Shown here: in pieces, positions 1 to 15,624 of the stretch
Numbering within the stretch: position 1 is the stretch's first letter
Layout of the letters: the number at the start of each line of letters is the position of its first letter
Source of the DNA: the human T2T-CHM13v2.0 reference genome, Homo sapiens
Reading direction: 5' to 3' (one strand)
DNA: 64,000 nt
NCBI RefSeq assembly: GCF_009914755.1
Contig: NC_060934.1
Notes under the pieces: generated by a model
What the model saw: the letters and a program-made list of their open reading frames with translations, nothing else
The model's database searches: none
Told to the model about the DNA's origin: nothing
Translations under genes and position numbers: made by a program

Positions 1-49
1 CAGCCTCTCAAAGTGCTGGGATTACAGGCGTGAGCCACCGCACCGGGCC
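1..49 (-). mobile_element. Alu 5' end (window edge)
   Basis: aaagtgctgggattacaggcgtgagccaccgcaccgggcc is the reverse complement of the Alu 5' terminus. Confidence 0.95.
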
Positions 50-232
50 TAGAAACAATTTTTAAATGACGTAATGATATAAAATATCTTACTGGAATAT
101 ATGAAATGGTATCTAAACAAATGAAAGGCACATCATATTTTTGAATATTTGGATGAAAAGGCAATACAACAACAACATTTCCCAAATTATTATTTAAATT
201 TTATATAATTCTAATACATGTCTTCGGTGGAC

Positions 233-552
233 TTTTTTTTTTCTTTTTCTTTTTCTTTTTTCTTTTTTTTGAGACAGAGCTTTGCTCTTGTTGCCCAGGC
301 TGGAGTGCAATGGCGGGATCTCGGCTCATCGCAAACTCCGCCTCCCAAGTTCAGGCGATTCTCTGCCTCAGCCTCCTGAGTAGCTGGGATTACAGGCATC
401 CACCACCACACCAGGTAATTTTTTGTATTTTTAGTAGAGACAGGGTTTGGCCGTGTTGGCCAGGCTGGTCTAGAACTCCTGAACTCAGGCGATCCATCCA
501 CCTCGGCCTCCCAGAGTGTTGGGATTACAGGCGTGACCCACCATGTCAAGCC
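233..552 (-). mobile_element. Full-length AluS
   Basis: T-rich tail 233-269, both arms, degenerate TSD cttcggtgga / cttggtggga. Confidence 0.95.
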
Positions 553-599
553 CTTGGTGGGATTTTTTATGTAATTAAGAGTATATTTAATATTTTATG

Positions 600-1075
600 A
601 AATATATTTATGTGCCCAATCCAACCCAATCCAAATAAATCTAGTCAGGAAGAACAAAGAAAAAGATTTTAAAAAACAACAGTGAGTATATGTTGGGGAA
701 AATTAACCTTATTAGATACAAGAAGAAAACTGCTAATAAAATAAAATAATGTTTAAACAGTAACTTAAATAATGAAAAATAGTAGAAATGTCAGAAATAT
801 ACTCACTAACAATATGATTTTAATGTAAGGTACAGGTGATAGAATAATGCAGTTGGAATAAGATGAATAACTTAATAAATAGTGCCGGGATATCTGGATA
901 TCCATAAGATGTAATTTCCAAATACATTAAATTCCTAAACACAAATACTAAAAAAAACAAATGTTTACAGTTTATAGAACTATAAGTACTGCCTAGGAGC
1001 AAGTGATATTTCTCACAAAGATAGGGAATCAAAATCCCATAAAGAAATAATAAATATACTTGTTCTAATTTCACA
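600..1075 (+). mobile_element. Very old L1 (L1ME-like) ORF2 remnant
   Basis: ttaataaatagtgccgggatatctggatatccata resembles the L1 ORF2 3' motif; A-rich. Confidence 0.5.
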
Positions 1076-1079
1076 GTAA

Positions 1080-2055
1080 AGATCTAAGAAAAATCCCCTT
1101 GTGCTCCCAGCAGTGGGAAGGAAAAGTAACAATTTCCCGATACCCCAGATCATTCTCCACATCACAGCCTGTTCTTTTAGGGGAAGGACTTCACCAAAGC
1201 CTTATCTCCATGGGCAAGTGGCAATTGGCCAACTCCAGTTGTTCTAGCCTTTCTACCTCACCTAAGGGAAAGTGACAGAGGCTAAGAAACAGATCTGAGT
1301 GTCATAGCCCAGTGACACAGGCCCACTAAAAAAAAAAAATTATAGATTACTTCCCTTCTCTGAGAAGGGAAGGGCTACAGTATAATAACTACAGATTACA
1401 ACTAAAAGAGCTGCAAGAAACAAATTCAATTTAAAAAGAATTTCTTATGAAAACCCCAAGACAGAGGGGGAAAATGTAAGGACACAAGAGGAAACTGATG
1501 TCTCTGGCATCTATGGCTACAGAAAACATTTAAACAGAACTCAGTTCCTATACACACTAAAATAAAACCTCACACTAACGGCCCATTTACCTCAGTTTCT
1601 ATTACCTGATACGTTACGTTTGGCTTACAACAAAAAAAAATCACAAGACATGCTAACACATAAAACAGTCTTAAAAGAAAAAGTAAGCATTAGAATTAGA
1701 CTAATATATGATGCAGACTGTGGAACTATAAGGTAGGAAAGTTTAAATAACTATGCTCAATACTTTAAGGGCTCTAATAAAAAAAAGTACAACATGCTAG
1801 AATAGATGGGTAATATAAGTAAAAATGTAAGTGTGCAAAGGAACAGAAAGAAATACTATAAATAAAACACTTAATAGAAATGAAGAGTGCTTTTGATATA
1901 TACGTCAGTAGATGGGACACAGCTGAGGCAACAATTAGAAAACTTGAAGATACAGCAATAAAAATTTCACAAACTGAAATACAAAGAGAAAAATAAATAA
2001 GAAAAAATGAAGTGGACTAATCAATAATGGTGGGATAATTACAAAATATTTACCT
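1080..2055 (+). mobile_element. Old L1M 5'UTR/ORF1-start remnant
   Basis: gtttaaataactatgctcaatactttaagggctctaata...aacatgctagaatagatgggtaat is typical of the L1M ORF1 N-terminal region. Confidence 0.6.
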
Positions 2056-2059
2056 ACAA

Positions 2060-3300
2060 ACAACTGACTTTTAGCAAGGTTGACAAAAACATACACTGGA
2101 AAAAGAAAACTATTCAATAAATGATGCCAGGAAAATTGCACAGCTATACACAGAAGAATGAAACTGCACCGATATCTCTCACCATATAAAAAATGAACTA
2201 AACATGGATTAAAGATCTAAATGTAAGACATGAAATTATAAAAATTCTAGAAGAAAACGTAGGGAAAACTCTTCTGAATTTTGGCCTAGGCAAATAATTT
2301 ATGACTAAGTCCTCAAAAACAAACACAACAAAAGCAAAAATAGATAAATGGGACTTAAACTAAAAAGCTTTTGCACAGCAAAACTATCCACAGAATAAAC
2401 AGACAGCCTGTAGAATGGGAGAAAATATTTGCAAAATATGCATCTAAGAAAGGGCTAGTATCGAGAATCTATAAGGAACTCAAACAACTCAACAAGAAAA
2501 ACACAAACTACTCCTTTAAAAAGTGGGCAAAGACATGAACACACATTTTTCAAAAATAGACATATACTCAGCCTACAAACATGAAAAAATGCTCCACATC
2601 AGGGAATCATCTGATAAATGAATACTAAAAACACAATGGGATACCATCTTTCAACAGTTGGAATGGCTTTTATGAAAAACTCAAAAAGCTATGCACATAA
2701 AAAGAATACTTACACACTGCTAGTGGGAATGTAAATTAGTACAACCTCTATGGAAAAGCGTATGGAGACTTCTCAGAGAACTAACAATAGAACTACCATT
2801 CAATCTAGCAATCTCACTACTGGGTATCTACTCCCACCAAAAAATAAATCATTATGTACAAAAACAAAAACAAAACTCTGCACTTGTATATTTATCACTG
2901 CACTATTAACAATTAGCAAAGTCATGGAATCAACTGACTTAAGTGTTCATCAACAGATGATTGGATAAAGAAAATGTGGTTATATAATACCATGAAATAC
3001 CACACAGTCTTTAAAAAGAATGAAATAATGTTTTTCCAGCAACATGGATGGTGCTGAAGGCCATTATTCTAAGTGAAATAATTCAGACACAGAAAGTCAT
3101 ATACCAAATGTTCTCACTTATAAGTGGGAGCTGAACAAGTGGTATGCATGAGCATACAGAGGGGACTAATTGGCATTGGAGAATCCTAAAAGTAGGAAGG
3201 TGAGAAAGGGATGTTTGCTGAAAAATTACCTATTACATACAATATTCACTATTGCCGCAATTCACACACTGAAAGCACAAAATTCAAACATATGCAAACA
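2060..3300 (+). mobile_element. L1MA/L1PB-type 3' end (ORF2 C-terminus plus 3'UTR)
   Basis: ctattcaataaatgatgccagg, gttctcacttataagtgggagct, aaaattacctattacatacaatattcact. Confidence 0.85.
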
Positions 3301-3319
3301 TAAAATGCAATTATAAAAT

Positions 3320-6300
3320 GAAAAAGAGCAGGAGCCTCTATTTCTTCATATCAGATAAAACAAACTGTAAACCAACAACGATCAGAAAGGAGAAAGAAGG
3401 GACTTACACAATGATGAAGGGTTTAATTAAATAAGATGACTGAGCTATTCATAATATATACACACACAACATTAGAGCACCTAGATTCATAAAACAAGTC
3501 CTTCTTGATCTACAAAAAGACTTAAACAGCCACACAACAATAATGGGAGACTTTAACACCCCACTAACAATGTTAGACAAAACATCAAGGCAAAAAACAA
3601 AAATTCTGGACTTAAACTTGAAACTCAACCGGTTGGACCTAATAGAATACTCCACCCAATAACCGCAGAATATACATTCTTCTCATCTGCACATGGAACA
3701 TATTTTAAGATTGACCACATGCTCACTCATACAGCAAATCTTAATGAATTCAAAAAAATTAAAATTCCAAGTATACTTTCAGACCACAGTGCATTAAAAA
3801 TAGAAATCAACATCAAGAAAATATCTCAAAACTCAAAAATACATGGAAATTAAATAAATTGCTCCTTAATAACAGCTGGGTGAACAACAAAATATGGGCA
3901 GGTATGAAAAAATTTGTATTAATAAAAACAGAGAAACAACTTACCACAATATTTGAATGTAGCCAAAGCAGTGTAGAGAGGAAAGTTTATAGCACCAAAT
4001 TATAGCCTTCATAAACAACTTTAAAAGATCTCAAATAAACCATCTCACCTCGCACCTAGAGGAACTTAAAAAAAAGAAAATTTAGCAGAAGAGAAGAAAT
4101 AACTAAAATTAGAGAAGAACTGAATGGAATTGAGTGCAAAAATCCATACAAAACATCAATGAAGGCAAGAGAGATTATTCAAAATAATAAATAAGATTGA
4201 TATATTGCTAGCTAGATTAACAAAGAAAAAAATGAGAAGATCCAAATAAGTACAACCAGAAGTAATGAAGATGACATTACAATTGATCCTACAAAGACAC
4301 AAACATACCCAGAGGCAATTATGAACAACTCTATGCATACAAATTAGAAAATCTAGGTGAAATTGATAAATTCTTGAAAACGCACAACCTCCCAAGATTG
4401 AACCAGGAAGAAAGTGAAAACTTGAACAGACCAATAACAGGTTTTGAGATTGAATCAGTAATAAATAACCTACCAAACAACAACAACAAAGAAGCCCAGG
4501 ACCAGATGGATTCACAGCTGAATTATATCAGACATACAAAGAAGAACTGGTACCAATCCTACTGAAATTATTCCAAGAAATTGAGGAGGAGGGGCTTCTC
4601 CAGAACTAATTCTACAAAGCCAGTATTAGCCTAATACCAAAAACCGGCAGAGACATAAAGAAAAAAGAAAACTTCAGGCCAATATCCCTGTTGAACGTAG
4701 ATGCAAAAACCCTCAATAAAATACTAGCAAACTGAATCTAGCAACACACCAAAAAGATAACACATTACAATTAAGTAGGTTTATTCCTGGGATGCAGGGC
4801 TGGTTCTATATACACAAATCAATAAATGTAATTCACCACATGAACAGAATTAAATGCAAAACCCCTATGATCATCTCAATAGATGCAGTAAATGCTTCTG
4901 AAAAAAATCTAACATCCCTTCGTAATAAAAACCCTCAGCAGACTAAGCATCAAAGCAATATGCTTTAAAATAATCATAGCCATCTAAGACAAAGCCATAG
5001 CCAATATCACACTGTTTAAGCAAAAGCTAGAATTATGCCCCTTGTGAAATGCAGCAAAACAAGGATACCTACTCTCATTACTCCTATTCAACATAGTATT
5101 GGAAGTCCTAGCCAGAAAAATAGTGCAAGAGAAAGAAAGAAAGTGCATCCAAATAGAAAAAGAAGGAATCAAATTATCTCTCTTCATTGCTGATGTAATT
5201 CTATACTCAGAAAACCTTAAAGATTCCACCAAAAAGCGGCTAGAATTGATAAACTATTTCAGTAAAGTTTCAGGTTGCAACATAAATGTACAAAAATCAG
5301 CAGCATTTCTATACACCAATAACCCTCAAGCTAAGTCAAATCAAGAACATAATCCCATTCACAATCACCAAAAAACAAAATATCTAAGAATATAGCTAAG
5401 CAAGGAGGTGAAGGATTTCTACAAGTAGAACTAAAAAACACTGCAAAAGGAAATTAGAGATGACACAAATAAATGGAAAAACATTCCATGCTCAGGAGTT
5501 GGAAGAATCAATATCGTTAAAATGGCCATTCTGCCCAAAGCAATTTACAGATTCAAGACTGTTTCTATCAGACTACAAATGTCATTTTTCACAGAATTAA
5601 AAGAAAACTCTTCTAAAATTCACACAGACCCAAAAAAGTGCCCAAATAGCCAAAGCAATAACAAATAAAAAGAACAAGTCCAGAGGGATCACACTACCCC
5701 ACTTCAAACTGTACTATAAGGCTACAGTAAAAAAGCAGCATGTTACTGGTACAAAAACAGGCACATAGATCAATGGAACAAACCAGAAATAAAACTGCAC
5801 ACCTATAATCATCTGATCTTCTACAAAGCTGACAAAAACAAGCAATGGGGAAAGGACTCCCTATTCAATAAATGGTGCTGGGATAATTGGCTAGTCACAT
5901 ACAGAAGAATGAAACCGAACCCCTACATTTCACCGTATACAAAAATTAACTAAAGATAGATTAAATATTTAAATGTAAGACCTCTAACTATAAAAATTAT
6001 AGAAGAAAACCTAGGGAGTACACTTCTTGACATCTGCCTTCTTGACATCTGCCTTGGCAAATAGCTTTTGGCCCCCATAAGCAATTGCAACAAAAACAAA
6101 AATTGACCAATGAGGCTGAATTTAACTAAAGAGATTCTGCACAGCAAAAGAATCTATCAACAGAATAAACAGAAAACCTACAGAATGGAAGAAAATATTT
6201 GCAAACAATGCATCTGATGAAGGTCCAGAATCTATAAGGAACCTAAGCTAATCAACACACAAAAAACAAATAACCCCTTTAAAAAATGGGCAAAGGACAT

Positions 6301-7097
6301 GAACAGACATTTCTCAAAAGAAGAGATACATGTGGCCAACAAACACATGAAAAAATGCACATCATCACTAATCACCAGAGAAATGCAAATCAAAGCCACA
6401 GTGAAATACCATCTCATACCAGTCAGAATGACTATTATTAAAAAGCAGATGCTGGCAAGGCTGTGGAGAAAGGGCAACACTTACACACTCTTAGTGGAAA
6501 TGTAAATTAGTTTGGCCACTGTGGATAGCAGTTTAAAGATTTCTCAAAGAATCTAAAACAGACCTACCAATCAACCCAGCAATCTCATTACAGCAAACAA
6601 ATCATTCTACTGAAAAGACACTTGTGCTCATATATTCATTGCAGCACTGTTCACAAGAGCAGAGACATGGGATCAACTTAGATGTCATCAACAGTGAATT
6701 GGATAAAGAAAATGTGGTACATATACACCATGGAGTACTACACAGTCATGAAAAAAGAACAAAATCATGTTCTTTGCAGCAATATGGATGCAACTGGAGA
6801 CTATAATCCTAAATGATTTAACACAGAAACAGAAACAGAAAACCAAATACTGCATGTCTTTTCTTGTAAGTAGAAGCTAAGCTTTAGGTATACATGGACA
6901 TAAAGATGGGAACAATAGACACTGGAGAAGGAGGAAGGGAGAGAGAGGGGTCTGGGTTGAAAACTATTTATTGGGTACTATGCTCACTACCTGGGTAATG
7001 GGATGTCTACCCCAAACCTCAGCAAAGTGCAATATAACCATGTAACAAACCTGCACATGTACCCTTGTGTCTAAAATAAAAGTTGAAATTATAAAAA
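3320..7097 (+). mobile_element. 5'-truncated L1PA15/16-like LINE-1: degenerate ORF2 (EN, RT) plus 3'UTR
   Basis: ORF fragments match L1 ORF2p ([17 protein letters not shown] at 4374-4565; EVLAR...[12 protein letters not shown] at 5099-5395, decayed FADD); 3'UTR ggacataaagatgggaacaatagacactgg and tail ctaaaataaaagttg; many stops and frameshifts. Confidence 0.93.
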
Positions 7098-7099
7098 AA

Positions 7100-7533
7100 T
7101 CACAGGATCCTATCAATAGATATAGAAAAAGTATTTCACAAAATCCAACATCAATTCATGTTAAAACTCTCAGTAAACTACGATTAGAAATTTCCTCAAC
7201 CTGATAAAGAACCACTACAAAAAATCTACAGCTAAAATCAACCTTAACTAGATGGTTTCCTACAAGATTCAGAACAAAGCAAGGATGTCTACTCTCCCTG
7301 CTGCTATTTAATACTATAACTTAAAATCCTAGATAGTGCAATAAAATAAGATGAGGAAATAAAAGTATACAGATTTGGAAGGAATAAATAACTTTTTCCT
7401 TTGTTCACAGCTGTCTATGTAGAAAATCCAAAAGGATCAACAAAATTAATCCTGGACCTAACAAACAATTACTGCAAAATGGCAGGATACAATGGTAATA
7501 TACAAAGTCTAATTGTTTTCCTATGTACCAACA
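7100..7533 (+). mobile_element. Old L1MC-like ORF2 RT fragment (continues at 8201)
   Basis: tcaatagatatagaaaaagtatttcacaaaatccaaca; interrupted within ctat(a/g)tacca|gcaat. Confidence 0.8.
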
Positions 7534-8200
7534 TGCAGAAAAGGGTTAACTCAGCAGGCCTGGGTTTCTCAAATTGGGCACTTTCCGATTAAAGGACTGT
7601 CTTTGTGACTGGCAATTGGCTGTATCATGAAAGATGAGCTCTGAGCCCTTGAAATAGTCTGCTTGATAAGAGTGTTTTTCTGTGCCTGAGACCTGGGGCC
7701 ATGATATGCCCGTTTGATCAGATAACATATGCTAAAATTGTAAATGCCAGTTTTTGCATGGTTGAGGCCTTGAACCACATAGTAGCAAACTGATCAGATA
7801 GTTTATGCTAACAGATGTGATTTATGGTGAAGCATGTTTTTGCTCAAGGGAGCTGGAGTAGTTGAGGTTCCTCATGCAGGTACTGCATGCCTGCATGACT
7901 CATCCCCAATAAAACACTGGACACCAAACTTCAGGTAACCTTCTTTGGTTGGCAACACTTTGAACATATCACATATTGTTACGGGGAAAATTAAGAGTAC
8001 CTGTGAGATGCCATTAGGAGAACAATCCTGGAAGCTTGTGCCTAGTTTATCATAAATTGGGTCTTATATGCCTAGTTCCTTTGCTAATTATAATCTCTTT
8101 TTGCTGTAATAAATTATGACCATCATTATAATGGCTTTTCTGAGTCCCACGAGTCCTTCTAACAATTAATCTTGAATGTGGTCATGGGGATTCCCAATCC
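7534..8200 (+). mobile_element. MER77/MER68-family solo LTR (ERVL class)
   Basis: Starts tgcagaaaagggttaactcagcaggcctgg; internal gatagtttatgctaaca and ccccaataaaa; splits a contiguous L1 motif. Confidence 0.75.
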
Positions 8201-10165
<1,965 letters not shown>

Positions 10166-12094
10166 GGAGAATTGAGTGTTAGGATTAAGACTTTTCTTTC
10201 AACATGTTTTGGTTTCTATTTGTGAAATAACCATGTCTAATGTGTTGGAGTTAAATGGATTTTTAAACATGCTGGAGATGCTTCTCATTTTCCAGATGAA
10301 GCAGGAAATGGCTCTCTACAGACATTTTAATAACATGTCAATATTTCTGATCACATGTGTATTCCAACAGACAGAGGTCTTTGGAAACTATTGAACTATA
10401 GGGAGATAAGAGAATAAAAATCTTCTTTATAGATCCTGGATAATATTTAACACTATATTATTGAATTATTTTAGTACAAGCAGTATAATGTGGCATGGTG
10501 TAATAACTGTCATCAAATCCTCTGTAGAATAAAAGGCATCAACAGAACATTTCTGAAAGAAAATGCATCCTGGAATCTGCAAGAGCATAAAATATCCAGG
10601 CAATAGTTAAATTACAGCTGATTGGCCATTTAAACATGTCTCCAAGAATGATTTCATTTCCTATCGTCTCATTAAATAAGGCGACATAAATTTTTATTGA
10701 GATTTTACTTTATAGAGATTATATCAATAACGTTCCGTATGACTTTCATTAGAATTTTTCATTTCTGAGACTTTAAACAAGAGATGTCAAAAGCAATAAA
10801 ACAAATGCCAGCTTCAATATTTGGCCTAGGTTCACCATATTAAAAGTGTTATAACCCAACCGTTTTATCTTCAATAATATATAGTAATGATTTCTTTTAA
10901 CATCTTATCCTGCAAAGGTAGAAGAAACCAAAATGTCTCTAAACTGTATTTGTATAGCCCTAAACATCACTGAAGAAAAGCATTATTCATCTTTGTAATA
11001 CAGCTTTATGGCACCAATTTAGCTGAAAGAATGTATACGTGTATATCTTTTATGGCATTTTCACTTCAGAGAATTAGATATGACTTGTTTATGTAATGCT
11101 GAGTAAAAAAGAATTTTTTTTTTTTTCTGGTAGAGAAACTTGCTATTATAGGAAGGCATGGATCTTGACTGTAACAGGAGTCACATCCCAGAAAAGGCAA
11201 TATTGGGTTCGGAAATATATGGGGAACGCGAGTGAAATGTGGGACCAATTTCAAAGTCACATGATGAGAAAAGAGGAAATATAGGAGTATTCTATTAGAC
11301 CACCAAATGCTCTTCCAGCTACACAACAAATACTCTGAGATGGGGCCAATCGCTAGTGATTTTCCCACACTTTTCTGTCCTTACCTTTATGTTTTATTAC
11401 AGCAATAAAAAAAACCTGCCTTCTCTGTATGTTAGGCAAGAACTGCAGGGGATGATACTAAGAACTTGCTTCTGCCTCAGTGGATTCTGATGCTTTCGTT
11501 TTGGATTTACACTTTTTTTACGGTAACTGAAAGCAACAAGAGTTTTAGTATTGCTTCTGTGGAAACCTTGCCACTATGTTTTACTTTTTTATGTTTCTTT
11601 ATTTTATTCTGTACCGCATTAACCCATTTTTTCCTTTTTATTCCATGTGGCTGTTAGGTAAGACTTTGCCAAAGGAAAGGGACAATTACATGCCCCTTCT
11701 TAACTGAGCCTTGGACCTTCACTCTGTATTGCCCTCAGCAGAACTCTAGACAGCAAGCCTTCTTTATTTATCATTGCTGTTTTAATTCCCCAGGCCCTTA
11801 TGATGGAGTACTGTCTTTCTCAGAATGTTAATAGGAACCAAGTGAAAATGATTCCAGTGTCAAAGCAATTCTGGAAATATTTGAAAAGTTATAAAAGGAG
11901 TATTTTTAAATTGCAGATATCCTAAGCAAATTTTATATTTTAATATACTAATGTACCATGAGATTTTCCTAGTGGGAGACATGGCAAGCAGGGTTTCCAT
12001 ATATGATCATGGGATCAAGTATTTATTCCATGGATAAAAGAACAGAGACTTACTAATGAAAAGCCAGGAAAATGGATGTATCTCTCTCATGTAT

Positions 12095-12230
12095 TCGTCC
12101 CTTCATTCATTCTATAGACACTCATTGAGCTTTCTTACTATATGCCAGGTATAAGCATGATAGCTGGGAACACAACAGTGAACAAGACAGGTCAGATGTC
12201 TCTTTGTCAGTTGCATTATAATGGAAGGTG
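12095..12230 (-). mobile_element. L2 3'-end fragment
   Basis: cattcattc...attgagc...tactatatgccagg...acagtgaacaagacag. Confidence 0.65.
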
Positions 12231-12264
12231 AGAAAAAAATTGATACACCAGCCTCTTTTTAAAA

Positions 12265-12745
12265 AATGTTTATTTTAGGTTCAGTAGTACAAGTGCAAGT
12301 TTGTTATACAGGTAACTTGTGCATCACAGAGATTTTGTGTATAGATTATTTTATTACCCAGGTTATAAACTAGTACTCAATGGGTACATTTTAAATCCTA
12401 ACTCCCCTCCCAGCCTCTACCCTTAAGTAGGCCCTGGTGTTGTTGCCTTCTTTGTGTCCATGTGTACTCAAAGTTTAGCTCCCTTTATATAAGAAGTGAG
12501 AACATGAAGTATTTGCTCTTCTGTTCCTGTTAGTTCACTGAGAATAATAGCCTCCAGTTCCATCCATGTTGCTTCAAAGGACGTGATCTCATTCTTTTTC
12601 ATGGCTGTGTAGTATTCCATGATATATATGTAGTACATTTTCTTATCCAGTCTTCCTTTGACAGCCATTTTTGTTGATGTCATGGCTTTGCTATTGTGAA
12701 TAGCTCTGTTATGAACATACACATGCATGTGTCTTTATGGTAGAA
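12265..12745 (-). mobile_element. L1PA13-16 3'UTR fragment
   Basis: ttattttaggttcag...ataagaagtgagaacatg...tccatccatgttgc. Confidence 0.9.
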
Positions 12746-12759
12746 CAAGCTAATTTTTT

Positions 12760-14090
12760 AACTTGTTAATTAAACTTTTAAAAATTCCTTTCAAATTATT
12801 ATTTTAAGACAACTTTGCATAACCTAAGATAATGACGATTTTTTTCTATAGTACCTTGTAGAAGATCCATTGTTCTATCTCTCACGTTTAGATGGCAATC
12901 CACTTGGAATCAATTTTTGTGTATAACATGAGGCATAGGCCAAGATTCAATTTTCCATGTGGATATTCGATGAACAAATGTTGAGTGGGCCTTCGTTTCT
13001 CCACAGCTGTATCTATATTATATGGTTTGGCTCTGTGTCCCCACCCAAATCTCATCTTGTATCTCCCACAATTCCCGTGTGTTGTGGGGGGGGGACCTGG
13101 TGGGAGATAATTGAAACATGGGGGCAGGTCTTTCCTATGCTGTTCTCATCATAGTGAATAACTCTCATGAAATCCTGTGGTTTTAAAAACAGGAGTTTCC
13201 CTGCACAAGCTCTCTCTTTGCCTGCTGCCATCCATATAAGATGTGACTTGCTCCTGCTGGCCTTCTGCCATGATTGTGAGGCCTCCCCAGCCATGTGGAA
13301 CTGTAAGTCCATTAAACCTCTTTTTCTTCCCAGTCTCAGGTATGTCTTTATTAGCAGCGTGAAAAGGGACTAATACATTATATACATTAGTCTCTTTATG
13401 GACTATCTGTTTTATTGGTCTATTTATTTATGTTTACTTTTCTGTACCTTTATAATAAGTTATTTTGCTACTGTACAATAAAGCTTTTTATCTTCCACTT
13501 TTCATCTTCTTCAAGGCTATCTTGGCCATTCTTAGTCTTTGAGTTTGGTTGGGATTATGTGTACTATACAGATCAACCTGAGAATTGAGGGTTTTATAAT
13601 ATTAAGTCATTCAATCCATGACAAATCCTTCAATTTATTTAGAAATGTCAAAATTATTCTTAATAGAGCTTGGTAGTTTTTTTATGGGAAGATTTTACAT
13701 AATTTTGGATTAGATGCATTTATAGATATTTGGTGTGTATATATAGACATTTGATATTTTGATGCCATTCTAAATGGCACCATTTTTAAATTATCTTCTC
13801 TTTGTTGCTAATACATAGAAGAAAACTTTTTGTTCGTTACATTATTGCTGAATTCACTTGTTAAGGTTGTATCTGAAAAATCTTTTGGATTTTCTCTGTG
13901 TACTGTATAATATAATGTACAAATAATGAAAAACTACATTTGAATGTTTTCTTTTTCCTTCATATTATTTTTTGACTTTTATTTATAATTTTTGCTCTGT
14001 TTAACCAGATAGAACTTCCAGTTTAATTGAATGGGAGAGGCAGCTCCTACTGTCTCTATTTTATTTAGTTCTGTCATTTAAAACATTTTA
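12760..14090 (-). mobile_element. Old L1ME ORF2 remnants (split by THE1)
   Basis: aatcaatttttgtgtataacatgagg, cttcaaggctatcttggccattctt, tcaatccatga. Confidence 0.6.
13018..13377 (+). mobile_element. THE1-family MaLR solo LTR
   Basis: tatggtttggctctgtgtccccacccaaatctcatc...gactaataca; 5-bp TSD ctata/ttata. Confidence 0.93.
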
Positions 14091-14098
14091 TATATTCA

Positions 14099-14463
14099 TA
14101 TTACTTTACTAGGGCTGCTATGTCAAAATACCACTAACTGGGTGGCTTGAACAACAGAAATTTGTTTTCTCAAAGTTTAAGAGGCTATAAGTCACAGATC
14201 AAGTTGTCTGCAGGCTTGCTTTCTCCTGAGGCCCTTTTTCTTGACTTTCAGGCTGCTGTGTCCTCATATGAAATTTTCTGGATGTGTATCCCTGACATCT
14301 CTTCCTGTGCTTTTAAGGACACCAGTTCTATTAGATTAGGGTCACCCTAATGTCTTCATTTTATTTAGTTACTTCCTTAAAGACCCCATCTCCACATATA
14401 GTCATATTGGGGGTTAGAGGTTCAATATATGAATTTTGAAGGGACACAATTTAGTTCATAACA
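14099..14463 (-). mobile_element. MLT1A/B MaLR LTR
   Basis: agggctgcta...aaataccactaactgggtggcttgaacaacagaaattt...gggacacaatttagttcataaca. Confidence 0.85.
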
Positions 14464-15303
14464 AATTTATGTATTTTAAGCTATACATAGAAATGTATTT
14501 TTAAGCTATGTATAGAAATTTAGAATTGTTACATTGTACTGGAGTGACTCTTGTCATTATTAAATAGCCTCTTATCTCTAGCAATGCATTTTGTTTAAAT
14601 GATATTAGTATACAGTAATATCAACTTTCCCTTGGTCAGTATTCCATGTCACTTATTTTTATCCTTTTACTTTCAATTTTTCTGTAGTACTTAAGTGTTT
14701 GTGTCTTCTAAGCAACGTACAGTTTCTTTTTTATAGAGACTGACAATATTTTTCTTTTAATTACTTTATTTAAAGTGTATCCTTTCAATCAGTATTTAGG
14801 GTACTGCTTATTTTTAATGTAATGTAGATATATTTTAGTTTACATATACCATTTTATTTCGTATTTCTTTTTCTTTTTCTTTTTCTTTGTCTGATATCCT
14901 CGGTATGTTTTGAACTCCATTTTTTTTTAGTTCACAATACTCAAGATCTGGCTTAAAATTTGGCTCAGCTTCATAGCTTATTGGCTTTGGCTTTCCATTC
15001 GTTGACTTCACCACTCTGTTGTTCACTTCTCCAAAACTCAGCTTCTCTTTTTAACTTTTCAGCCTCTTCTATGCTGCATCTGAATCAGCAAATGCCTTGA
15101 GATGGAGAGCCATGCCAAATACCAAGGTCATTTGTATACTTTATTTATCTTCAAGATCATGGCCCTTCAATTCTCACTGCCTTTTAATTATTTAATGCCT
15201 TAAACTTATTTTACTAATATTATATCCAGATTTTAGTTTTTCTTGGTGGGAAGCTTAGTCTAATAAAGGCTAATCCCTATAGCTGGAAGTTGCTCTGGCT
15301 TAC

Positions 15304-15614
15304 TTTTTTTTTTTTTTTTTTTTTGAGATGGAGTCTCCCTCTGTCGCCCAGGCTGGAGTGCAGTGGTGCGATCTCGGCTCACTGCAAGCTCCACCTCCCG
15401 GGTTCACACCATTCTCTGCCTCAGCCTCCCGAGTAGCTGGGACTACAGGCACCTGCCACCACGCCTGGCTAATTTTTTTTTTTTTTTTTTGTATTTTTAG
15501 TAGAGACGGGGTTTCACAGTGTTAGCCAGGATGGTCTCGATCTCCTGACCTTGTGATCTACCCGCCTTGGCCTCCCAAAGTGCTGGGATTACAGGCGTGA
15601 GCCACCTCGCCCAG
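15304..15614 (-). mobile_element. AluY
   Basis: gcaagctccacctcccgggttcacaccattc and ttagccaggatggtctcgatctcc (Y diagnostics); TSD ctggctta; expanded middle A-tract. Confidence 0.93.
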
Positions 15615-15624
15615 AACTGGCTTA

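Noticed and set aside
211-600. Alu-derived ORFs here and at 8295, 15328, 17247, 23734, 24374, 25394, 25778, 55594, 57684, 58743 and 63552
   Set aside because: Standard Alu translation artefacts (e.g. [20 protein letters not shown])
3320-7097. L1 ORF2 as a functional reverse transcriptase gene
   Set aside because: 5'-truncated, fragmented by stops and frameshifts, and the catalytic FADD is decayed to FIAD
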